Below, one piece after another: positions 1-6,337 of a stretch of DNA of 24,000 nucleotides. The stretch lies in NCBI GenBank assembly GCA_900079695.1, contig LT599022.1:142222-166221 (forward strand). Direction: 5' to 3'. Source of the DNA: an uncultured Alphaproteobacteria bacterium (lineage in GTDB: Bacteria; Pseudomonadota; Alphaproteobacteria; Rhodospirillales; Rhodospirillaceae). The position numbers and the translations under genes were made by a program. How positions within the stretch are numbered: position 1 is the stretch's first letter; each line of letters begins with the position of its first letter. Below the pieces are notes generated by a model. It was not told the DNA's origin and did no database searches. It saw nothing but the letters and a program-made list of their open reading frames with translations.

Positions 1-38
1 TCTCTATCGTCTTCAAGAAGTTCAATAGGCGCTAATCG

Positions 39-677
39 ATGCACATTTACGCATTTGGATCGGTCTGCCGCGGAGATATCGGGCCGGACTCTGACATCGA
101 CCTCCTGGCCATAGTGGAGGGATTCGATGACCGGTTCGATCTAGACGCCTATTCGATATACTCACGCCAACGCATCCAGGAAATCTGGGCTGAGGGCAAT
201 CCGTTCGCGTGGCACCTCTCGCTAGAATCTCGACTACTACATTCTTCGGATGGAACAGACTTCTTGGGCGAACTTGGTCGGCCAATGCGGTATGGTGCAT
301 GCGCACGCGATTGCAAGAAATTCCAAGAATTGTTCCTTGATGCCCGATCGTCCATGGCCAGTGGCAGGACTACCAAGGCGTTCGATCTGTCGATGGTTTT
401 CCTCGCTATTCGGAACTTCGCAACGTGTTTCTCACTTGGATGCCTAAATCGTCCCGATTTCTCCAGGCATGCTGCCATCCGTATCGGCGCATCCAGTTTG
501 GCGATACCTGCGGATGCCTATAAGATACTGGAACGGGCTCGCGTCCTATGTACCCGTGGGCAGGGCACGACGATCACCGACACAGAGGTCGAACTCGCCG
601 TCCGACAGTTTCCAGCCATCGACGAATGGATGATCCAGCTTCTATCGCAGGTAAAGGCGTCAGGCTATGGAGTATGA
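39..677 (+). CDS. Pol-beta-superfamily nucleotidyltransferase (minimal NTase N-terminus) with helical C-terminal domain
   Basis: ATG at 39 is preceded by an in-frame TAA (33-35). The N-terminus carries the minimal NTase signature FGSVCRGDIGPDSDIDLLAIV (G-S-x-x-R-G plus D-x-D). The ~150-aa C-terminal half looks helical and contains NRPDFSRH (R-x5-H). That is compatible with, but not proof of, a HEPN/KNTase_C-like domain. Confidence 0.75.
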   Translation: MHIYAFGSVCRGDIGPDSDIDLLAIVEGFDDRFDLDAYSIYSRQRIQEIWAEGNPFAWHLSLESRLLHSSDGTDFLGELGRPMRYGACARDCKKFQELFLDARSSMASGRTTKAFDLSMVFLAIRNFATCFSLGCLNRPDFSRHAAIRIGASSLAIPADAYKILERARVLCTRGQGTTITDTEVELAVRQFPAIDEWMIQLLSQVKASGYGV

Positions 678-969
678 ATTTAACAATCGGATTACCACCC
701 AACGAGTGCTGCTGAGGGTGATCAATCGAAAATCCTGGCCCGTCGAGGATCTGTTCGGCTTGTCCGCCAAAGCAATTGACAGGTGGGTTCGCGCCAATCA
801 ATTGAACCCACAGGCGGCAATCGTACGCATGGTCGTCGCCGTCTCAGACAAGCTCTTCTTTCTCGCGAACAAAAGCCAAGAGCAGATTTCCGAGCAGTAT
901 CAGTTGGTTCGCTCCGAGATTGTCGCAGCATGCCGCGACATAGAACGCGAACTCGGGTCTATCGCCTGA
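667..969 (+). CDS. Small hypothetical protein, possible helix-turn-helix, overlapping the NTase gene
   Basis: ATG at 667 overlaps the NTase stop (TGA 675-677) by 11 nt on the same strand. 100 aa. The segment VEDLFGLSAKAIDRWVRANQ resembles an HTH. No family recognised and the RBS is weak. Confidence 0.4.
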   Translation: MEYEFNNRITTQRVLLRVINRKSWPVEDLFGLSAKAIDRWVRANQLNPQAAIVRMVVAVSDKLFFLANKSQEQISEQYQLVRSEIVAACRDIERELGSIA

Positions 970-1153
970 ATCAAGCTCAATTCTTCTCTGCCTTTCGTCG
1001 TCTGATGTCCGCCGTTGGCGGCCGATATCGCCAAGTCATGCCTGTTTAGGCCATGACGGGGATGGCAATTTGTCGGTCCACCAATCTAAAGCTGGTCGTT
1101 CCGGTTTCCATCGTTTCTTTCCGAAACCAGACCGTCTTCTTCCGGCCCCATTT

Positions 1154-1220
1154 GGCCTAAGGGGATCGCGCCCCTCGCGCGGGGAGGGGCCAAGCGCTGC
1201 TTCGCGTCCTGAGGGGGCGG
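1154..1220. repeat. GC-rich 67-bp repeat, copy A (direct repeat with 3589-3655)
   Basis: ggcctaaggggatcgcgcccctcgcgcggggaggggccaagcgctgcttcgcgtcctgagggggcgg matches 3589-3655 at 62 of 67 positions by manual alignment, same orientation. It contains near-palindromic GGGG..CGCG..CCCC segments. Confidence 0.85.
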
Positions 1221-1357
1221 ACCTTCCCGTAAGCGTCAACGGATGAACGTATCAAAGCAAAGAGTTTGGCCTCCAACGTCTGCGTCCGTCCCCTGGTGGT
1301 CCCCGGTGACCTGAATGGGGAATGATACACAGCAGGCCGAGAATGGCATTATGTCGT

Positions 1358-1381
1358 GTCATATACTCGTGAGTATATGAC
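1358..1381. promoter_or_regulatory. Perfect 11-bp-arm palindrome (gtcatatactc-gt-gagtatatgac) followed by ATTTTT; operator or plus-strand terminator-like hairpin upstream of tcmP
   Basis: Arms 1358-1368 and 1371-1381 are exact reverse complements. A T-run follows at 1383-1387. It lies ~165 bp upstream of the tcmP start in an AT-richer spacer. The function is inferred only. Confidence 0.5.
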
Positions 1382-1545
1382 ATTTTTCGACATCGCGGAG
1401 CATCGCCAGAGCTCCGACCCCTGTGCATAAGTTGACATATTCGACGTATCGTTATGGTGTTAGTGTTATCGAGCGCCACCATGAATGATGGCGGATCTAA
1501 ATCCATGCTTGTGACGTACCTTAGGGAAAATAGGGGGGAAGCGAG

Positions 1546-2373
1546 TTGGGCAAACTGGTTGAGGGGGACGATGGGCTTCCCGCCGAAGACGTTGGTGTGT
1601 GGGCCAAGGAGAAACACGACTACCTATGCCGCTATATTGATATTTCGCGTGGGGCGCGTGCGAAGTATCTCGGTCCTGGAAAGGCAGGCGCGACCTACAT
1701 CGACCTGTTCTGCGGCCCAGGCCGATGCCAAGTGCGGGACACCGGAGAGTGGATTGACGGCGGTGTCGTCGCGGCTTGGAAGAAGAGCCAAGAAGGCCAT
1801 GCGCCGTTTTCGCAGGTCTTCATTGGCGATCTCGACATCCAACGGCGTCACGCCGCCGCTACTCGCCTGCACGCTTTAGGAGCACCGGTTGTAGAAGTTG
1901 ATGGCGCCGCACTCGATGCGGCGGAAAAAGTCATTTCCATGCTCAATCCCTATGGCTTGCACTTCGCTTTCCTCGACCCTTTCGACCTGGGAACGCTGAA
2001 CTTCGGTATCATCCTCACCCTTTCAAAGCTCAAGCGTATCGACATGCTGGTTCATCTCGCCCAGATGGATTTGCAGCGAAATGCCGTGACATACGCGACT
2101 ACCGACAATTCGTCGTTTGATACCTTCGCTCCTGGATGGCGAGAAAAAGTGTCCATCGCTTGCAGCCAGCAGGATCTCCGGCGGCAAATAATCCAATTCT
2201 GGCGCGATAAGGTTGCCAACCTTGGAGTGTGGCCGTCCACCGAGATGAGCCTACTCACGGGCAGCCATAATCAGCCGCTGTATTGGCTGCTCCTAGCGGC
2301 TAAGCACGAGCTCGCCCACAAGTTTTGGGTCACGGCCTCCAACGTTGAAGGCCAGGGGGCTTTCAGTTTCTAA
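1546..2373 (+). CDS. tcmP: Three-Cys-motif partner protein TcmP-like (TIGR04474-like), probable Rossmann/methyltransferase-like fold
   Basis: 275-aa ORF with a TTG start at 1546, a few nt after a GGGGGGA run; the start codon is uncertain. Recognised features are VWAKEKHDYLCRYI near the N-terminus, YIDLFCGPG (SAM motif-I-like) and FAFLDPFD (motif-IV-like). It sits directly against its canonical PF07505/DUF5131 partner. Confidence 0.7.
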   Translation: MGKLVEGDDGLPAEDVGVWAKEKHDYLCRYIDISRGARAKYLGPGKAGATYIDLFCGPGRCQVRDTGEWIDGGVVAAWKKSQEGHAPFSQVFIGDLDIQRRHAAATRLHALGAPVVEVDGAALDAAEKVISMLNPYGLHFAFLDPFDLGTLNFGIILTLSKLKRIDMLVHLAQMDLQRNAVTYATTDNSSFDTFAPGWREKVSIACSQQDLRRQIIQFWRDKVANLGVWPSTEMSLLTGSHNQPLYWLLLAAKHELAHKFWVTASNVEGQGAFSF

Positions 2374-3119
2374 GGCTGTGGCGCTTCCAGTTCCGGATAG
2401 TCGTTCCACGTGCGGCCGCGGAAAATGCGGCCGTTCGCTTTCTTGTGGCGTTTGATGCCATCAGCGCCCCAGCCACCCCACTGTTTGAAAAAGAACGCCG
2501 CACCGGCCGCCAAAGCCTGCACCTGCACGTTTGCCACCCACTCTTCGCGCATGGGGCGCGCCTTGGGGCCGGACTCGCCGCCAACAATGACCCAGTGGAT
2601 ATCGCGCAGATCGACGCGCCCTAAGTCTTCCAGCAGCGGTTCGACAGAGAGGAAGCGGATGTGAGCATCCACTTTGCGCAGGTGGTCGATGCGCGGAACG
2701 CCGTACTTCTTGTCCTCTACCGATACGCCCAACCACACGTTCTGCGGGCAAGCCCGCCGCGCGAAATACGCAGGCAGGCGCTCCGCGCGTTTGGTGAGGA
2801 TTTGATAGGTGTGCCGCGGCGTGGCCTCAATGATTGAAAATACACGGTCAAGAAATTTATCCGGTACATCCTCGTGAAACAAATCGCTCATGCTGTTGAC
2901 GAAGTAGGTGGTCGGCTTCTTTCGCATCAGCGGTTGTTCCAGCCGGTGTTCATGCAAGGTGAGTTTGAAGTCGTTCTCGTAGCCGGGCGCGCCCATCGCG
3001 TGCAGTCGCCGCGCCATCACTTCAGCATAGCAGTGCTTGCAACCCGGCGAGACCTTGGTACATCCGGTGGTCGGGTTCCAGGTCTGTTCCGTCCATTCGA
3101 TGGTCGATTGCGTCGCCAT
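2370..3119 (-). CDS. Phage Gp37/Gp68 family protein (DUF5131/PF07505), three-Cys C-x6-C-x2-C motif
   Basis: The frame is open to 3188, but the ATG at 3119 has AGGAGG (3129-3124) 4 nt upstream. The N-terminus MATQSTIEWTEQTWNPTTGCTKVSPGCKHCYA is the family hallmark and includes the three cysteines. The TAG stop at 2372-2370 overlaps the tcmP TAA stop (2371-2373). Confidence 0.85.
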   Translation of the reverse strand: MATQSTIEWTEQTWNPTTGCTKVSPGCKHCYAEVMARRLHAMGAPGYENDFKLTLHEHRLEQPLMRKKPTTYFVNSMSDLFHEDVPDKFLDRVFSIIEATPRHTYQILTKRAERLPAYFARRACPQNVWLGVSVEDKKYGVPRIDHLRKVDAHIRFLSVEPLLEDLGRVDLRDIHWVIVGGESGPKARPMREEWVANVQVQALAAGAAFFFKQWGGWGADGIKRHKKANGRIFRGRTWNDYPELEAPQP

Positions 3120-3132
3120 GCGACCTCCTATC

Positions 3133-3468
3133 TCACTGCGGTGCGCTGCCCGACGAACGGGCTTGTGCGGCTTCGGATGCAAAGGCATTTACCAAACGAG
3201 ATAATGCCGATCGCACAGGTCCTAACTTCGGGTCATCCAGGGATTCGCGCACGAGGTCAGCCAATTGTTCCGCTGATGGAGCCGTCTCGCTTTCAGTGGC
3301 ATGCACCAGACGCATACAGCGGTTGATGACGCTGATCGGCGGGCTGGCCTTGCCCCGCTCGTACTTGCTCACCATCGACTGATCAACCTCAAGCAAAGCA
3401 GCTAATTCCCTCTGGCTGCGCCCCTTACGTGCCGCCCGGATGATCTCTTCAACGCTGTTGAAGACCAT
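3133..3468 (-). CDS. XRE-family helix-turn-helix transcriptional regulator
   Basis: 111 aa. The HTH_3-type segment is RSQRELAALLEVDQSMVSKYERGKASPP. ATG at 3468. The stop lies 13 nt upstream of the DUF5131 start, so the two are probably co-transcribed. Confidence 0.85.
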   Translation of the reverse strand: MVFNSVEEIIRAARKGRSQRELAALLEVDQSMVSKYERGKASPPISVINRCMRLVHATESETAPSAEQLADLVRESLDDPKLGPVRSALSRLVNAFASEAAQARSSGSAPQ

Positions 3469-3545
3469 GTTCTTGCCACCACAAAAATTCGTTTGCAGAA
3501 TATTTTATCCATTTTATGCGCCTGATGCCTAGAAAAATTTCTCCA
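3469..3545 (-). promoter_or_regulatory. AT-rich upstream region of the XRE-DUF5131 operon with tandem ATTTTAT half-sites
   Basis: This is the most AT-rich stretch near these genes. ATTTTAT occurs at 3502-3508 and 3511-3517 (9-bp register). I could not assign convincing -35/-10 hexamers. Confidence 0.35.
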
Positions 3546-3588
3546 GGACGCGTCCCGATCTGCAGGGAGAGTGGCCCTCCGTCACTCA

Positions 3589-3655
3589 GGCCTAAGGGGC
3601 TCGCGCCCCTCGCGCGGGGAAGGGCCGAGCGCCGCTTCGCGTCGTGAGGGGGCGG
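3589..3655. repeat. GC-rich 67-bp repeat, copy B (direct repeat with 1154-1220)
   Basis: ggcctaaggggctcgcgcccctcgcgcggggaagggccgagcgccgcttcgcgtcgtgagggggcgg; 62 of 67 identical to copy A. Together the two copies bracket the lower-G+C tcmP/DUF5131/XRE segment. Confidence 0.85.
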
Positions 3656-3718
3656 GTCTCCCCGCCCTTCCTCCGCTGCGCTCCGTGCAGGGCGGGGGAT
3701 ACCCCTCCCGCCCCCTCA
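3645..3718. repeat. 12-bp inverted repeat tgagggggcggg / cccgccccctca separated by 50 bp
   Basis: 3645-3656 is the exact reverse complement of 3707-3718. The left arm is the end of repeat copy B. The element lies in the leader of the methyltransferase gene. Confidence 0.7.
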
Positions 3719-3784
3719 GCCCTTCCCCTTGCTACCCCCGATGAAGACGACGGGAAAAGGTTCACCAGTCAGGGGATAGCAGCC

Positions 3785-5218
3785 ATGCACACCGCTTCCG
3801 ACCTCATTCCGCGCCAGACTGTCACCCAGATCTGCGCACAGCGCGACAACGCCCTCGCGCTCTATGGTCGCGCGTTCGACGCCCTCGGCATCGCCAGCGA
3901 CGCATTCGCCGCCGCCGCCAAGGCCGTAACCGCCGCGTCGCCCGCGAACGGCAACGCCTACACCTATCCCTCCGAAGAGGCCCGCAAGCTTTTCCTCGCC
4001 GGGATCCAGCTTCCCGATCCGGACACTTTCCGCGATGCCGCCCGCCGCCTCACCGACGCCGCCGTGTGGGGGCGGATCATGGAGATGACCGACCTGGAGC
4101 GGCTGATGGACAAGACCGCGAAGGACAACTTCCGCCGCCAACTCACCACCGAACCGCCCGAGGTGACGGAGGGCAACGTGCGGGCGACGCTCGAAGAGAT
4201 GGCGCTGAACGCCGGAACCATCTTCCGGCGCGGGATCGCCACCGTGTTCTCCAACCTCGATCGCCGCTTCCGCAGCCACGACGGATGGAGGATCGGCAGC
4301 CGCGTCATCCTCTCCAACGCCTTCGACGACTTCGGCCACTGGAACCACTACCGCAATCACCGCGACACGCTGACCGACATCGAGCGGACGTTCTTCGTTC
4401 TCGACGGCCGCAAGCAGCCCGAGAGCTATGCGGGCGTCGTCGCCACCATCGACCAGGACCGGCGGCAGCACTGGCGCGCGCATCAGTCCGAGTGCGAAAC
4501 CGAGTTCTTTACGGTTCGGTGCTTCAAGAACGGCAACTTGCATGTCTGGTTCAAGCGCGGCGACCTGGTTAGCCAGGTCAACCGGCTGATCGGGGAATAC
4601 TACGGCGCACCGATCCCCGAGGATCGCGAGTCCGAAGACGACGGCGACCTGTTCACGCCGAAGACCACACCCGCCCGCAACTTCGGTTTCTTCCCGACGC
4701 CCGACGGTGCGGCCGAGCGGCTGTTCGATCGTTTTCCGCTCCGGCACGCCAAAGACGAACCGGCGCTGACCTTGTTGGAGCCGAGCGCGGGCACCGGCAA
4801 CCTCGCGCGCCGCGCCGTCGCGGCCGGGGCGGTCGTGGATTGCATCGAGATCCAGGGGAGCCTTGCCCAGGGTCTTCGAGGCGAGGGCATCTATCGCAAC
4901 GTCGTCGCCGCCGACTTCCTGGCGCTCAAGCCGAACCCGGCGGCGCTGTACGATCGCGTGGCGATGAATCCGCCCTTCGACCGAGAGCGCGACATCGACC
5001 ATGTGATGCACGCGCTGACCTTCCTGAAACCGGGCGGCATCCTCACCGCGATCATGTCGGCCGGCACCGAGTTTCGCGAGACGCGCAAGAGCAAGGCGTT
5101 CCGTGCGCTGATGGCGGAGATGCGGGCGGAGTGGTCCGACCTTCCCGACGGGTCGTTCTCTTCGGTCGGGACGAACGTCAACACGATCGTTCTTAAGGTC
5201 AGGAAGGGGGCAGCTTAG
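3785..5218 (+). CDS. SAM-dependent DNA (amino, NPPF-type) methyltransferase with ~290-aa N-terminal non-MTase domain (DUF4942-like by recollection)
   Basis: The frame is open from 3644, but those extra 47 codons are encoded by the GC-rich repeat. ATG at 3785 with AGGGGA upstream is preferred. The C-terminal part has motif I LEPSAGTGNL and motif IV NPPF. No adjacent restriction endonuclease gene is visible. Confidence 0.85.
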   Translation: MHTASDLIPRQTVTQICAQRDNALALYGRAFDALGIASDAFAAAAKAVTAASPANGNAYTYPSEEARKLFLAGIQLPDPDTFRDAARRLTDAAVWGRIMEMTDLERLMDKTAKDNFRRQLTTEPPEVTEGNVRATLEEMALNAGTIFRRGIATVFSNLDRRFRSHDGWRIGSRVILSNAFDDFGHWNHYRNHRDTLTDIERTFFVLDGRKQPESYAGVVATIDQDRRQHWRAHQSECETEFFTVRCFKNGNLHVWFKRGDLVSQVNRLIGEYYGAPIPEDRESEDDGDLFTPKTTPARNFGFFPTPDGAAERLFDRFPLRHAKDEPALTLLEPSAGTGNLARRAVAAGAVVDCIEIQGSLAQGLRGEGIYRNVVAADFLALKPNPAALYDRVAMNPPFDRERDIDHVMHALTFLKPGGILTAIMSAGTEFRETRKSKAFRALMAEMRAEWSDLPDGSFSSVGTNVNTIVLKVRKGAA

Positions 5219-5221
5219 GCC
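5018..5221. repeat. ~204-bp direct repeat, copy 1 (functional 3' end of the methyltransferase gene)
   Basis: Aligns with 6123-6327 with about 11 substitutions and one 1-nt indel by manual alignment. Includes the TAG stop at 5216-5218. Confidence 0.9.
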
Positions 5222-5307
5222 CCTCATATTCATGCTCTGTGTTTCGGCTTCCTTCTCCCCACGGATGCCCAGGATAGACATCCGGCAACCGAGATGTTGT
5301 GTTCAAA

Positions 5308-5356
5308 ATACACACTATCGTTGACTTCCCAAGAAACAGTGTGTATGTTATACACA
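5308..5356 (+). promoter_or_regulatory. hicAB promoter with operator-like inverted repeat
   Basis: TTGACT (5321-5326), 17-nt spacer, TATGTT (5344-5349). The 9-bp inverted repeat atacacact (5308-5316) / agtgtgtat (5338-5346) brackets the -35 and overlaps the -10. A third ATACACA half-site is at 5350-5356. Confidence 0.55.
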
Positions 5357-5374
5357 ATGTATGCGGAGTCAATT

Positions 5375-5578
5375 ATGTCGCCGAAACGCACCCCAGAGAC
5401 ACCCGAAGCCATCCGGAAGCGCCTTCTCGCCGATGGATGGACGGAGCGGAAGGGCAAAGGCGACCACCGGAATTTTCGCAAACCGGGTCATCACGTCGTA
5501 ACCGTGGACATGGGTGTACGCGAAATTCCATCCAGGACGCTCCGGAACATCTATCGTGTCGCGGGGTGGGTGTGGTGA
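5375..5578 (+). CDS. hicA: HicA-family mRNA interferase toxin
   Basis: ATG at 5375 with GGAG at 5365-5368. 67 aa. LLADGWTERKGKGDHRNFRKPGHHVVTVDMGVREIPSRTLRNIYRVAGW fits the HicA/YcfA pattern, including the conserved His. Confidence 0.85.
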   Translation: MSPKRTPETPEAIRKRLLADGWTERKGKGDHRNFRKPGHHVVTVDMGVREIPSRTLRNIYRVAGWVW

Positions 5579-5604
5579 GCGGCCGCCAGCTTGAGGAGAG
5601 TGCC

Positions 5605-6009
5605 ATGGCTACTGTGATTGCCTTGATCCATCGTGACGAAGGATCGGACTACGGCATCAGCTTCCCCGACTTCCCGGGGTGCGTCTCCGGCGGGGCGACC
5701 CTGGAAGACGCCTTCCGGCGCGGGCGCGAGACGCTGGCGGCGCATGTGGAGGCTCTGGTGGAGGATGACGAGGGATTGCCTGCCGTGCGCAGCCTCGACG
5801 CCCTCAAGGCTGACCTGGCGTTGGCCGAGGATTTCGCCGACGCGGAATTGATCGGAGCCATCGAGGTTGAGCTTCCGGGCAAGTCCAAGCGCATCAACGT
5901 GTCATTGGAAGAGCGGCTGTTGGAGCGGATCGACCGACGCGCGCAGAGCCTTGGGCTCAATCGGTCCGCATATCTTGCCGAAGCGGCGCGGCGCGAGATG
6001 GGGGGGTGA
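5605..6009 (+). CDS. hicB: HicB-family antitoxin with C-terminal ribbon-helix-helix
   Basis: ATG at 5605 with GAGGAG at 5593-5598. The N-terminus ALIHRDEGSDYGISFPDFPGCVSGGATLEDAFRRGRETL is HicB-like. The C-terminus KRINVSLEERLLERIDRRAQSLGLNRSAYLAEAARREM is CopG/RHH-like. Confidence 0.85.
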   Translation: MATVIALIHRDEGSDYGISFPDFPGCVSGGATLEDAFRRGRETLAAHVEALVEDDEGLPAVRSLDALKADLALAEDFADAELIGAIEVELPGKSKRINVSLEERLLERIDRRAQSLGLNRSAYLAEAARREMGG

Positions 6010-6122
6010 ATTGCTCCTGGAGCGGCGTTCCCGTCGCGTCATATACCCACGCAACTATGCCCCCGACTTCGTTGCCAGATTCGCCTGACTTCCAGCCATT
6101 TCGCCGCCTGACCCGGGTGTCA

Positions 6123-6324
6123 ACCTTCCTGAGGCCGGGCGGCGTTCTCACCGCGATCAATGTCGGTCGGCACCGAGTTCCGCGAGACGCGCAAGAGCAA
6201 GGCGTTCCGTGCGCTGATGGCGGAGATGCGGGCGGAGTGGTCCGGCCTTCCCGACGGATCGTTCTCCTCGGTCGGGACGAACGTCAACACGATCGTTCTC
6301 AAGGTCAGGAAGGGGGCAGCTTAG
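6123..6324 (+). pseudogene. Relic 3' fragment of the methyltransferase gene (copy 2 of the ~204-bp repeat), frameshifted
   Basis: Matches 5018-5218 but has an extra A (atcaatgtcgg versus atcatgtcgg). This breaks the frame relative to TFLRPGGVLTAI. There is no methyltransferase homology upstream of 6123. It ends at the equivalent TAG (6322-6324). Confidence 0.8.
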
Positions 6325-6337
6325 GCCGCCCTGCGTG

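Noticed and set aside
1432-1460. TTGACA at 1432-1437 as the tcmP -35 element
   Set aside because: I found no acceptable -10 hexamer at 16-18-nt spacing. The best candidate is TATGGT at 15 nt. It is kept only as a remark, not as a feature.
1036-1617. Minus-strand ORFs 1036..1239 and 1252..1617 in the spacer upstream of tcmP
   Set aside because: The first is simply the translation of the GC-rich repeat. The second spans the palindrome and promoter region and overlaps the tcmP start. Neither has an RBS or a recognised family.
3644-3784. N-terminal 47-codon extension of the methyltransferase ORF (track start at 3644)
   Set aside because: These codons are encoded by the GC-rich repeat and inverted repeat (MRGRVSPPFLRCAPCRAGDTPPAPS...). 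An ATG with a purine-rich RBS lies at 3785, where non-repetitive protein sequence begins.
3716-5281. 521-aa minus-strand ORF antisense to the methyltransferase gene
   Set aside because: It is Arg/Gly/Pro/Ala-rich low-complexity translation with no motifs and is fully antisense to a gene with clear methyltransferase motifs. This is a typical high-G+C shadow ORF.
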